In this document: piece by piece, positions 37,207 through 47,209 of the stretch
How the letters are laid out: each line of letters begins with the position of its first letter
Numbering within the stretch: position 1 is the stretch's first letter
Notes under the pieces: generated by a model
Databases searched by the model: none
Told to the model about the DNA's origin: nothing
The model's input: the letters and a program-made list of their open reading frames with translations, nothing else
Position numbers and translations under genes: made by a program
Source: a virus
Taxonomy: Duplodnaviria; Caudoviricetes
Direction: 5' to 3' (one strand)
Virus record (IMG/VR): IMGVR_UViG_3300015360_000002
Coordinates: 796-64,795 of that record
Length of the DNA: 64,000 nucleotides

Positions 37207-37725
37207 ATGAAGAAGAGGGGCCTGGCGATTAAATGGATGGAGCTACCGGAGCACGTGAGGGCGATGAATCGTCACGTGGAGGGGGAGGTGTTTGTGAGGA
37301 ATTTTGAAGAGTCGTTGGGGATTGAGAAGGAGATGGTGAGGAGGGAGGAGAAGGGGGAGGAGAGAGCAGTGAGACGACTGAGGCAGAGACAGGAGCCGGT
37401 GATGAACAAACTTGAGGAGCGGTTTTATGAGCAGTTGAAGAAGGACAAAGATCGGTGTGACGAGAAGGGGAAGGTGATAGGGGAGATCAAGATTCAGGCA
37501 GTGAGGTTGGAGTTGGCGCGGGGGATTTGGTACAAGCCGGACTTTTTTTTGGTGGAGGGGAAGAGTTTGAGGCCGATCGCGTATGAAGTGAAGGGGCCGA
37601 AAGTGTTTAGGGGAGGGTTTGAGAATTTGAAGGTGGCGGCGAGGGTGCACGCGTGGATCAGGTTTTATCTGGTGTGGGAGAAGACGCGAGGAGGGGAGTG
37701 GGAAAGACAGGAGGTTTTACAATGA
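37207..37725 (+). CDS. PD-(D/E)XK endonuclease (DUF1064-like)
   Basis: MNKLE..F, YKPDF, YEVKG. Confidence 0.75.
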   Translation: MKKRGLAIKWMELPEHVRAMNRHVEGEVFVRNFEESLGIEKEMVRREEKGEERAVRRLRQRQEPVMNKLEERFYEQLKKDKDRCDEKGKVIGEIKIQAVRLELARGIWYKPDFFLVEGKSLRPIAYEVKGPKVFRGGFENLKVAARVHAWIRFYLVWEKTRGGEWERQEVLQ

Positions 37726-39131
37726 ACAACAACGTGAATAGCGCGCTGGCAAAAGCTGGGATGACGAAGGAGAACGTCCGTCGGATCATGGACGAGGTGG
37801 AGGTGAATTATGAACGGTTGGACAGGTGTCCGGCGCACGCGTTTGAGTTGATCGAGGGAGGGCAGCCATTGCGGAACCGATATGCGTGCAAGGTGTGTGG
37901 AGGGGAGGTCGACAATACGGCGCGATTTTGGTATACGAAGGGACTGGAGCACGGGAGGAGATTTGGAAAATGACCGCGATCGAAACAGTGAAGGAGTTTC
38001 AGAAGTGGAGGAGGGGAGAAGGGAGGTACGCGGGTACGGAGAACGGGGGGAGGCCGGAACCGATGCCGCAAACGCCGGAACAGTATGGGTTGGCGATTGA
38101 CGAGGTGGTGAAGTTGGCGGAGATCGGGAGGCTGTCGGTGGAGGAGGCGAGGACGTGCCATGAGAAGCTGCCGCTGGACGTCTGGCTCAAGGCGAAGGCG
38201 GCGTTGCTTGCGAAAATTAATGAATTTATGAATACGAAGGGGGAACCATGAAGCGGGCGATCGTGCAGTTTGTGGCGGTGGTTGGGATTATAGGGACGAC
38301 CCTGCATGTGGTGCTGGGCGTTTCTGTCGGGTTGATGGTGGTTTCCGCAGTGGTGAGTGGAATAGGGGTGGTTGTGGTGATTGCGGCCGCGGTCAGCCTG
38401 AAACGGAAAAATGATAAAGAGGAGGAGGGCAGATGAAACTGACGACGCTCGAACTTGAACGGATGGCGAGAAGGGGAGCGGAGGACGGGTACGATACGAC
38501 GTGGCACGCGCAGATGACCGAGAGTCCAAGGATGAGATCGACCATGGGGAGGATTCGCGACGAAACGCTGGCAACGCTTTTTTTGGAGGACGAAAAGGCG
38601 TATCAGGAAAGCCTGGCAAAATGGGGGAAGGAAAATGGATGAGGTGATCCATTTTACGATTCCGGACATAAAGCTGGGGGTGACGCGCAAGCTGGAGATG
38701 GAGACGCTTGCGAGAGAACTGAGGAAGCACGGGTTTAAGGTCGGAGGTATGAGAGCGGTGCAGTCATGGATGTCGGTGCGAGAGATGGAGGATAAGTTTA
38801 AGAAAATTCTCGAAGAAGCGGGGGTGGCCCGACTGGTGGTCTGGCACGAAGACCGAAATCGCTGCGTGAACGTGCGGGCATACCGTAAGGTGAAGTAGCG
38901 ATTTTTCTGATGTCGATACACGTGATACCGATTGGGGATGAGAAGCCGCACGAGACCACGCACGAATGCGCGTGCCGGCCGACCGTGGAGTGGGTGGATC
39001 CGACGGACGGTAAGCCGTACGAGAATGGCCCGTTAGTCATCCACAATTCGTACGATGGCCGGGAATACGTGGAACGTGCGATCGGGGAAAGTCTGGTGAA
39101 GGGGAGTCGGTGGAAAGTGATCGAAGTATGA
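37722..39131 (+). CDS. Small hypothetical genes (37722-37973 Zn-finger-like, 37970-38251, 38248-38436 membrane, 38433-38642, 38635-38898, 38910-39131 H..C.C.P motif)
   Basis: Chain of overlapping start/stop codons. Confidence 0.55.
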
Positions 39132-39931
39132 AACCGTCAAAATTAGATGCGGTGATTTGTTGCGACTTGATTCGTGGAGTTTACTCCGCGTTTGAAGCAT
39201 GGGAACAGTCCGGCCGGCCCAGAGAGGGAAGTTTTGAATGGAAGGACTGTTTGATTTGGGGGGAGTCGATGAGCTACGAGCGCAGGCCGGGGCCGCGTGA
39301 GCGGCACCATTGGGTCAGGGAGTGGTCACCAATGGGCACGTGCCTGTTGATTGGGAAAACGTTGTACGTGGTTTTCCGGGGAACATGCACCGCGCATGAG
39401 TGGAACAACAACGTCCGGTTTCCGCTGCGATCGTTTCGGGTGCCGATTGGAGCGGATGTGAATTTGTTGGCACCGCGCGAGTATTACATGGGCAACGTCC
39501 ATGACGGATTTGCGGACTCAATGGAATCACTTCAGCAGGATCTTATCGCAGAGGTGAAGCGCCTGATACCGGGAGCAGAGAGGGTGATTGTCACAGGGCA
39601 TTCATTGGGGGGTGCGATCGGAACGCTCGCGTTTGCGTCGATCCTGGCGCGGTTGCCGATTGCGAGAATGACGACGGGGATGGTGTTTGGCTCGCCGAGG
39701 GTCGGGAACCAGGAGTTCAAGCGTGCATTTTACACCGTGGGGAATCCTGAGACGTTCTGGAGATACGAGTTGATGCACGATCCGGTCGTGGATGTGCCAC
39801 CCAGGAAGATAATGTGGGTTTGGGAATACAATCACGTGGGCGAGCAGATTCTCCTGACGGAGCAGTTCGGGAGCGATCGGAAGAATCACGCGATCGAGAG
39901 CTATCGGACGGCAATCATGAACCTGCCATAG
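39128..39931 (+). CDS. Class 3 lipase (alpha/beta hydrolase)
   Basis: VVFRGT, VHDGF, VTGHSLGGA nucleophile elbow, FGSPRVGN, DPV..VP, YNHVG, C-terminal H. Confidence 0.9.
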   Translation: MKPSKLDAVICCDLIRGVYSAFEAWEQSGRPREGSFEWKDCLIWGESMSYERRPGPRERHHWVREWSPMGTCLLIGKTLYVVFRGTCTAHEWNNNVRFPLRSFRVPIGADVNLLAPREYYMGNVHDGFADSMESLQQDLIAEVKRLIPGAERVIVTGHSLGGAIGTLAFASILARLPIARMTTGMVFGSPRVGNQEFKRAFYTVGNPETFWRYELMHDPVVDVPPRKIMWVWEYNHVGEQILLTEQFGSDRKNHAIESYRTAIMNLP

Positions 39932-39933
39932 AT

Positions 39934-39941
39934 TGCAACCG
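39934..39941 (+). promoter_or_regulatory. Putative late-promoter motif TGCAACCG
   Basis: Starts 42 nt upstream of the terL ATG (39976). Confidence 0.65.
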
Positions 39942-39975
39942 GGATGTGATTGATTGGTTTCGGAAGGATCAAGGA

Positions 39976-41796
39976 ATGACGGAATTTGCAATGTCTAGCC
40001 CCCTCCCCGGCCAAGACCACAATCTCACAGCGGAGCAGATCCAGGATCTCCTCTTTCAGGATTTTGAGGTCTGGGCGCACAGTTTTGCGGTATTCAAGTC
40101 GATCAAGGGCGGCACGCCCCATCACGGGTTGATTCCAAATGTCCTCCAGCTTCGGGTGATCGCCCATTATCGGCGCTGCATTATCGAAAAAAGGCCATGC
40201 CTCATCATGATCCTCAAGCCGCGGCAGAAGGGCGCATCGACGATCGCGGAGGCGGTGTGTTACCGGCACATGCGGATGCACGAGAACCTGAACGGAGCGC
40301 TGATGGGCGACGTTCAGAGCACGTCGGACAAGGTTTTTGAGATGTTTCGTACCTACGCGAAAGAGGACGCGTACCCGTACGCCGACGGGAATCCGAACAT
40401 CATGAAGGACTTGGACCTGACGGACGAAATCACACTCGGCAGCGGATCAAAATGGTGGAAGGAGACAGCAGGGAGCTCGAACGCGGGCCGATCGGGTACC
40501 GTTCAGGTGCTGCACTTGGACGAGGTGGCATACTTTCCGTCTTCCGACACAAAGGATCCGACGACAGCGGTGTTGGGTGCGTTCTACAAAGAGGGTCCGA
40601 TGTCGCTCGGATTCGCGACGTCTACCGCGAAGGGGGCGGTGGGATGGTTTCACGATACTTGGTGGGGCGATAACGACTGGCTCAAGGTTTTCGCCGCCTG
40701 GTTCGAGTTTAAGGACTCTGTAACTCCATTTCCGTCGCCGAACGCGCGCGCTCAGTTCGAGCGCACCATGACCAGGGACGAGATCGAGGAGCAGGTCCTC
40801 TACAAGGTCTCGCCTGAGCAGCTCCAGTGGCGCCGAAAGAAGATCCAGACCGACTACAAGGGCGACACGGGCAAGTTCCGACAGGAATACCCGTCCAGCG
40901 AGCAGGGAGCCTTCCTCAGTTCGAGTCGTATGCGCTTCGAGGCGTCCTCCGTGTCCGCAATGATGGTGTGGGCGCAGACCAACGACACGCGGGAGACGGG
41001 CAACCTGCGGCAGCAGATTGCGGGAGGAGCCTCGACATGGATGCCGGACCAACAGGGTTCAGTCCATCGCTGGGAGGAGCCCGTCTTTGGGCGGAAATAC
41101 CTCATTTCGGTGGATGTGTGTACGGGCAAGGACCAACAAATTGGGGGTACAACCGCGAATCCCGACTGGCACTCCGTTCAGGTGTGGCGACAAGCGTTCA
41201 TGAACGAGGATGGGGTCTACCGAAAACCGGCGCTGGTCATGCTTCACCATTCGCGTGAAGACATTGATATTCTCGCAGAAATCATCGCAGCGATGTCAGC
41301 CTACTATGGCCAGTGTCTCGTCGTCCCCGAGGTGAACAACTGCGGATTGGCGCTGGTTAAAGCACTCGTGAGACTCAAGGTGAACGTGTTCCGTCGACAG
41401 GCGCACGTCCAGCGCCGCAAGCAGGAGACGGAGGAGGAAAAGCTCGAAGCGTTCGGGTGGCTGACCGACAAGATGACCCGCAAGTGGATGATCGACGAAG
41501 TAGCACCGATCATTCGTCAAGAAGGAGTGGAGATTAAGGCGCCCGAAGTCCTTCAAGAGATTCAGAGTTTCGTCATTGATGACAACGGAAACGCGAAAGC
41601 AGCACCATCCAAGCACGACGACCACGTCATGGGAATGTGCATCGGTATTTACAACCTTGGGCACGCAACGGAGTACAAACTGGCGAAGGTGACCGGGATG
41701 GACCTGAGCAGGCTCGGTCGAGATCCGCGATATATGGCCGGCGAGGGTTGGCGTCGGCGGATCCCGCTGGATGCCCTCCGGAGTAACCGCAAGTAA
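39976..41796 (+). CDS. terL: Terminase large subunit
   Basis: LKPRQKGAST Walker A, LHLDEVA Walker B, STAKG motif III, ISVDV nuclease Asp, HDDHVM. Confidence 0.92.
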   Translation: MTEFAMSSPLPGQDHNLTAEQIQDLLFQDFEVWAHSFAVFKSIKGGTPHHGLIPNVLQLRVIAHYRRCIIEKRPCLIMILKPRQKGASTIAEAVCYRHMRMHENLNGALMGDVQSTSDKVFEMFRTYAKEDAYPYADGNPNIMKDLDLTDEITLGSGSKWWKETAGSSNAGRSGTVQVLHLDEVAYFPSSDTKDPTTAVLGAFYKEGPMSLGFATSTAKGAVGWFHDTWWGDNDWLKVFAAWFEFKDSVTPFPSPNARAQFERTMTRDEIEEQVLYKVSPEQLQWRRKKIQTDYKGDTGKFRQEYPSSEQGAFLSSSRMRFEASSVSAMMVWAQTNDTRETGNLRQQIAGGASTWMPDQQGSVHRWEEPVFGRKYLISVDVCTGKDQQIGGTTANPDWHSVQVWRQAFMNEDGVYRKPALVMLHHSREDIDILAEIIAAMSAYYGQCLVVPEVNNCGLALVKALVRLKVNVFRRQAHVQRRKQETEEEKLEAFGWLTDKMTRKWMIDEVAPIIRQEGVEIKAPEVLQEIQSFVIDDNGNAKAAPSKHDDHVMGMCIGIYNLGHATEYKLAKVTGMDLSRLGRDPRYMAGEGWRRRIPLDALRSNRK

Positions 41797-41804
41797 TGCA
41801 ACCG
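41797..41804 (+). promoter_or_regulatory. Putative late-promoter motif TGCAACCG
   Basis: Starts 42 nt upstream of ATG 41839. Confidence 0.65.
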
Positions 41805-41838
41805 TGAGAGCGCCGTCCAATTTTGCAGGTTTGCCCGC

Positions 41839-42972
41839 ATGGAAACCGCTATCGACAAAACCCAGAGCTACAACGCGACGCGTTTGGGGCCACCGGATAG
41901 CGGAACCCTTGCAGCGTTCAAGACCCCGAGGGAGAACCGAACCCCGCAGCAGCAGCAACTCCTGAATCAGCGACTCGAACTTGAGAAACGTACCGGTGTC
42001 GCAAAGGGGGCGATCGTGGGAGCGATCGGTCAGGTGCTTCTCGACGAAGACAAGGCCGCGCAGCACGGCACGCGCGAAGCCGTTGCCGGAGTGGCGCACA
42101 ATCAGGCGCGGACGTCAGCCCTTGCAACACGTGGTTATGGCCCGGACGGGCAACCAATGGTGCCAGGCCAGACTTTTGGCGCGCAGGCACAGAACCCACA
42201 GATGAGGAGCCCCGCCTCCGCCCAGAATCAATCTCCATCTTCGGATCAGAATCCACGACAGGGTTTCGCGCTTCGACAAATGCCCGGTGGCGGGTTCCGT
42301 GGTTCATCGACGGTGAACGGAAATCCGCAACAGGAAAACTTCACGACCCGCGACGCCGCTCTTGCGTTTTATGGCACCGCTCAACCGATGGCAGCGTCGG
42401 GCGCGGCCGGCATTCAGATGGCCCAGACGGATCCATCCGCCGCTCCAAGGAACGCGCCACAGCGTCCCGATCCGATGGGGCCCGCAGAGCCTGACACAAT
42501 GGGGTACGGAGCAATGAATCCCGCGCCCGCAGAAGAGTCTGCGTTCATGGCGACGCCTTCACAGTCCATGCGACCAGGCACGCCGCTCGGATCCGAAGCA
42601 CTCATGCGAGGACGGCCAAACTCTGGTCAGCCGATCCCCCAGCCAAATTCGACTGCCGCGCTCAGCAACTATGTTGCGGAAATGGCGGGCCAACAGGCGG
42701 GCCAACCCGCACTGAGACCGCCGATGATCGACGGCAGCGATCCCGCCGCAGGCCGGCCGGTCGCTCCGATGGCCGCGCCGCAGAACATGGTCCAGAATCG
42801 CATTGCGGACTTTCAGAAGCCGATGGAGGCGGGCGCATCCATGATGCCGTCTACCAGCCAATTCGCATCTCCGACGACGAAGATGAAGCAGACCGCGAAG
42901 AAGATGGGCAATCCACGCGCGAACGCCGGCACGCAAGAATTCTTCAGCAGCAACGACGACTATGGCTTTTGA
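41839..42972 (+). CDS. Low-complexity (Q/P/A/M) internal virion / ejection protein
   Basis: Disordered composition, upstream of the giant virion proteins. Confidence 0.5.
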   Translation: METAIDKTQSYNATRLGPPDSGTLAAFKTPRENRTPQQQQLLNQRLELEKRTGVAKGAIVGAIGQVLLDEDKAAQHGTREAVAGVAHNQARTSALATRGYGPDGQPMVPGQTFGAQAQNPQMRSPASAQNQSPSSDQNPRQGFALRQMPGGGFRGSSTVNGNPQQENFTTRDAALAFYGTAQPMAASGAAGIQMAQTDPSAAPRNAPQRPDPMGPAEPDTMGYGAMNPAPAEESAFMATPSQSMRPGTPLGSEALMRGRPNSGQPIPQPNSTAALSNYVAEMAGQQAGQPALRPPMIDGSDPAAGRPVAPMAAPQNMVQNRIADFQKPMEAGASMMPSTSQFASPTTKMKQTAKKMGNPRANAGTQEFFSSNDDYGF

Positions 42973-45900
42973 TCCCAGCCCGACCGCGTTCGACTACGAC
43001 GATCCAGAAACCCCAGAGGGCGCTTTTAGTTCAGGCGCGCGCGGGGTATCTAATTCGATCGCGACGGCCCAAGCAGCGGATCCGCTGAAGGGCGAGATTC
43101 GTCTGCGCACACAGCGCAAGGCGGACCTCGGGCGCACGAAGCAAGCTCTCGACCAGCTCGAAGGCACATTCCTCTCTACTGAGGGCGGTGGACTCTTCCA
43201 GTTGGACGAGAAGGGTCAGCCATTCAAGAACGCGGACGGCACGTACGTCCCCGATATGGGAGCGCGCGTCGAATCATTGCGCGCGCGATCGCTCGGGCAG
43301 GTGGGATTCGTGAAGGGCGCTTTGACTCCAGGTGTCGCGCGTGGGGATAAGACCAATGATGCGTTGGCGGCTCAACAGGAGCTCTCTCAGATCGAACCCG
43401 CCTACGAGGCAAAGCGGCAGAAATGGGAACGCATCCAAGAGCAGCGCGCGATGTGGAAGCATACGCACGACCGCAACGAGCTCGAACTCGGCGCCTTGTC
43501 GGCGGAACGGCTCGCTCAGCAAGGGCTTTTCATGCCCACCCAGCCCCAGCAGCAGGCTCCGATGGGTCAACCAGCTACAGCCGCAGACTCACCAATGAGC
43601 CCGGCCGCTACGACGCCAGCTCAGGCCCAAGATCCAATCTTCCTTGGCGAAGTCGGGAAAAACGCGACGGATCTCGCTGCATCGTTTGGCTCAGGATCGA
43701 ATGCGTTGCTGAAGATGGCCGGCGACCTGTACGGACTCGCCAGCGGAAACTTTGAAAACTGGCTCTCCGAGCAGGGCAAGTACGGCATGGATCATTTCGA
43801 GCGCATGAAGTCGCCCGAGATGCTTGCAAAGCAGACCGAACGGAAAGCCGCGATCGACGCTGCGCCGGATGAGCTGGGGAAGGCTTTGGCATTTGTGAAG
43901 AGCACGGTCATGGATCCGATGCTCTTTGCGTCGACCGTGGTGGAGCAAGTACCCAACACCGTCGGAACCGGAAGCGTGGGCTTGGTGATGCGCAAAGGCG
44001 CCGAGAAACTCCTCCTTCGGAAAGCTGCCACTGAGGCAGCAAAGGCATTGGCCGAGAAACAGGCCATCAAAGTCGGAGTTGGTGCCGCAGTTGGAGCCGG
44101 CGCCGCCATGCAAGGCGCGGACGTTGGTGGCGACCAGTACGGTCAACTCCTCGTTGAGATGGAGCGGATGACCAAGCCGCAGCTTGAGAAGATCCCCGAA
44201 ATCGCGGAGCTCGTGAAGCGGGGCGCATCCATCGACGAAGCAAAAATGGCGTACGCGCTCACGCAGGCGCGCAAGACGGGCGCCGTCGCAGGCGCGATCT
44301 CGTTGGCCGCTCAGGCGCTTCCTGGTGGCGCAACAATTGAAAAGACGCTGGCCGGTGGTGTTGCAGGCCGTTCAGTGCGCGGAAGGCTTGCCGGTGCCCT
44401 CGTCGGTGGTGTTGGCGAGGCTGTGTCAGAATCCATCGAGGAAGGTGGCGGACAGTTTGCCTCAAACGTGTTTGCGCAGGGCGTCGACCCGACCCGAAAG
44501 CTCACTCAGGGTGTGGGCGAGGCCGTCGGGCAGGCGATCGTCACCGCTGGACCAATGGGCGCCGGCGCTGGTGCGCTCAACGGTGGCGCGGACCCAGAAG
44601 CCCAGATCCCCCCCGCTCAACAGACCCCTCCGGGTCAGCCTCAGACGCCTCCCACTTCCCCGCCCGCGGCGCTGGCTCAAGGCGCGCCTTCCCGGAGTCA
44701 CGGAGGTTATAGAGGGTGGGGACCCCAACCCCCGCCCGCGGCGCTGGCTCAAGGCGCGCCTCTTGCCCCTTCTGCGGCGCCGATAGACAACAATGAAATT
44801 ACGGTGGATCCCGAACTCCAAGCGGAGCTCGACGCCGAGACGGAACAATCCGCTGCGCCAAAGGCCCCAATTTCCACGCAGGGCGGGCCGGCTGCCCAAA
44901 CTGGCCTCATCCGTCAGCCCTCTGTAGGTTCGACTCCTACCCCTGCACCCACTCAATCGGAGGCGAAGCCAGCTTCGCCGTTCAATGTTTCGTCGCCCGA
45001 AGTAAAAGCGGCATGGGGAGAAGGCTCGCCCCCGGACGAGGCGAAAACGAAGATGATCCAAGATGCGATTGCGACTCCTGGAGTCACAATCGGGTATTCG
45101 ATTTTCGAGGGTCGACCAGGTCAACCGCGCCCCCACCAAGTGGATCTACTGGGACAAGATGGCGGAAGTTTGGTAGGCACCAACATTTACGACCTCGCGC
45201 GCCTTGGATTTGAAGCACCGATTCCACCGGCTGACATCAAGACCGGGAACTACACACGGGAGCAAATCGAAGAGGAAATTGCAAAACGAGGGACCGCAGG
45301 ACCTCAAACGACCAATCAGCCGACCGCGACCGAAACCCCGCAGGATGTAATACAGAAGCCTCAGAGAGCTCAGGCAACCGACGACGAGATTGACGACGGC
45401 ATGGTCGCTGCCGCTGAACGTGAAACAGACCCAGACAAGGAGGAAACGGAACCGATCAACCAAGGCGAAGATGTCGCGCCCGAAAAACTGGACGAAGTTG
45501 CACTGAAATCCGTATTGAGGGTGACGTTCAAAGACGGAACCGTGATTGAAGGCAATTACACCATCGCACAGGGGAATGGATACATCCGCGATAAAACAAC
45601 CAATGAAATCCATGTTCTCACGGGCGGTGCAGCAGTAGAAAGGGAGGGAAACCCGACTGCCAGAATCGTAAAGCTCCGCGACGGTATGGACGTGCAGGCC
45701 GAACAGGATGGCCGGAAATTCGGAAAACTGGAATACACTCAGCCCAAAACCCGCGATGAGTACGAGAATACGCTTTGGGACTTGGCGACCAAAGCGAACC
45801 AACTGAGGGCGGCGGACAGCTACAACCAGGATGACTTCAAGCGCAGTTTGCAGCTCGATGCTCAGTTTGAAAAACTTGCTGACCAAATCGAGCTCTCGAA

Positions 45901-47209
45901 AATAAAACGTCGATACCTCTTTGCTCAGGCCAATAGGCGAGCCAACGGTCAGCCATTGCAGAACCCAAATGAGTTCAGCGAAGGGCCGCTCGATGCTCTT
46001 CGATTCGGCGTTCCACGGATCACGGACTTCGATCCAAACCCGGAGAATAGAAAGAAGAACCGTGCTGCACTGCCGGTCTTCGCATACCCAACAAAAGCCG
46101 AGGTTGAAGCCAGCCTCGCCGACGCGCGCCTGAAGGGCCAACAGACCAAGAGCCCGCAACGTCGAAAAAAGATGGCTCAGATCATCCAGCTACGGCAAAA
46201 GCAACTCGCCACCGGAAAATATCGCGAGGCCGTTGAAAACGGGCTGGCTGAACAACCTTCCCCCAATGGGCAAGACCAAAAAGTGCCGACCGAAGCCCCT
46301 CAAGGGCAAGTAGGAGGACAAAAACCCGCATCGGTTAACGTGCGTTCCGGTGCGGGTACCTCCGTAACCTCGTTAGACGTCAAGGAACCGGCGATCTCGC
46401 GAGGGTCGAACACGCCGGCTAAACTCGCCCAAGTTGCGTCGCAGGTGGCTGGACTGAAAGAGAACGACGCCGCGGCAAAGTTTCTGAGGGACTTTGCGCC
46501 GCGCCTTCATAATGCGAATCCGGCCGCGTTCGCGGACATGGAGCTCAATGTCCTCACGGATGCCGAATGGAAGACCCACCCTTCCCTCTCGAAGAGCAAC
46601 CCCAATTCTCCAGCGGCGTTCAACGTAGGAAAGAACATCCTCTACCTTAATTCGGACAAGGTGAAGGGTGGCGAAGCGATTGCAGAGGCGATCGTCCATG
46701 AAGCTGGACACTTTGCCGAAATTTTTGCGCTTGGAGAAGCCTTCACGCAGCAGCAGTGGGAGTCCCTGACCGACCTCCAACGCGAGGATTCCGCCCGTAG
46801 CTACTCGTGGGACGATGGACGCACCGGAGCCGAGCTGAAGGACGATCGGCGCGCGCGCGCGGAGTGGGTTGCGATGCAGTTCACGCGTGTAGTGAAGGGT
46901 GACACGGTGGGAATGAACCCAACTGTAAAAGAACGCCTGAGCGAATGGTTGGAAATAATTAGAGCTCTGGTGAAGCGATGGGTAGGCAATGAGCGACTCT
47001 CAACGCCACAACTCGACGCCAAAATACTCGAAATTCTAGGCTACGCAGATTCGCAGATGACGGCCGATTCGGCTACCGTGACAACTGAGGCAGTTGACTT
47101 CGATACCGGGAACGTAGTCGACCAATCATCCTCTGCCTCCGAGGCCGTCGCCGAGAGTGAGCGAGCAGTGACTCGATACGAGTCCCTCTTGGATTGTCTG
47201 AAAACATGA
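42962..47209 (+). CDS. Large internal virion (polyvalent) protein with zincin-like peptidase domain
   Basis: G/A-rich helical ejection-protein region (E..EEG..Q), later AIVHEAGH...AEW.A HExxH domain. Confidence 0.7.
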   Translation: MAFDPSPTAFDYDDPETPEGAFSSGARGVSNSIATAQAADPLKGEIRLRTQRKADLGRTKQALDQLEGTFLSTEGGGLFQLDEKGQPFKNADGTYVPDMGARVESLRARSLGQVGFVKGALTPGVARGDKTNDALAAQQELSQIEPAYEAKRQKWERIQEQRAMWKHTHDRNELELGALSAERLAQQGLFMPTQPQQQAPMGQPATAADSPMSPAATTPAQAQDPIFLGEVGKNATDLAASFGSGSNALLKMAGDLYGLASGNFENWLSEQGKYGMDHFERMKSPEMLAKQTERKAAIDAAPDELGKALAFVKSTVMDPMLFASTVVEQVPNTVGTGSVGLVMRKGAEKLLLRKAATEAAKALAEKQAIKVGVGAAVGAGAAMQGADVGGDQYGQLLVEMERMTKPQLEKIPEIAELVKRGASIDEAKMAYALTQARKTGAVAGAISLAAQALPGGATIEKTLAGGVAGRSVRGRLAGALVGGVGEAVSESIEEGGGQFASNVFAQGVDPTRKLTQGVGEAVGQAIVTAGPMGAGAGALNGGADPEAQIPPAQQTPPGQPQTPPTSPPAALAQGAPSRSHGGYRGWGPQPPPAALAQGAPLAPSAAPIDNNEITVDPELQAELDAETEQSAAPKAPISTQGGPAAQTGLIRQPSVGSTPTPAPTQSEAKPASPFNVSSPEVKAAWGEGSPPDEAKTKMIQDAIATPGVTIGYSIFEGRPGQPRPHQVDLLGQDGGSLVGTNIYDLARLGFEAPIPPADIKTGNYTREQIEEEIAKRGTAGPQTTNQPTATETPQDVIQKPQRAQATDDEIDDGMVAAAERETDPDKEETEPINQGEDVAPEKLDEVALKSVLRVTFKDGTVIEGNYTIAQGNGYIRDKTTNEIHVLTGGAAVEREGNPTARIVKLRDGMDVQAEQDGRKFGKLEYTQPKTRDEYENTLWDLATKANQLRAADSYNQDDFKRSLQLDAQFEKLADQIELSKIKRRYLFAQANRRANGQPLQNPNEFSEGPLDALRFGVPRITDFDPNPENRKKNRAALPVFAYPTKAEVEASLADARLKGQQTKSPQRRKKMAQIIQLRQKQLATGKYREAVENGLAEQPSPNGQDQKVPTEAPQGQVGGQKPASVNVRSGAGTSVTSLDVKEPAISRGSNTPAKLAQVASQVAGLKENDAAAKFLRDFAPRLHNANPAAFADMELNVLTDAEWKTHPSLSKSNPNSPAAFNVGKNILYLNSDKVKGGEAIAEAIVHEAGHFAEIFALGEAFTQQQWESLTDLQREDSARSYSWDDGRTGAELKDDRRARAEWVAMQFTRVVKGDTVGMNPTVKERLSEWLEIIRALVKRWVGNERLSTPQLDAKILEILGYADSQMTADSATVTTEAVDFDTGNVVDQSSSASEAVAESERAVTRYESLLDCLKT
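44658..44761 (+). repeat. 32-bp direct repeats flanking a 40-bp spacer derived from dnaB
   Basis: CCCCGCCCGCGGCGCTGGCTCAAGGCGCGCCT at 44658 and 44730. Reverse complement of 44689-44723 matches 29482-29516 at 32/35. Confidence 0.9.

Noticed and set aside
36387-38963. Minus-strand P/L/H/S-rich ORFs
   Set aside because: Artefacts of the C-rich complementary strand. The + strand carries the recognisable genes.
44658-44761. Functional CRISPR array
   Set aside because: Only two repeats, inside a CDS, no leader and no cas operon. Reported as an insertion scar instead.
46266-46313. Nested micro-ORF MGKTKKCRPKPLKGK
   Set aside because: Too short to support without conservation data.
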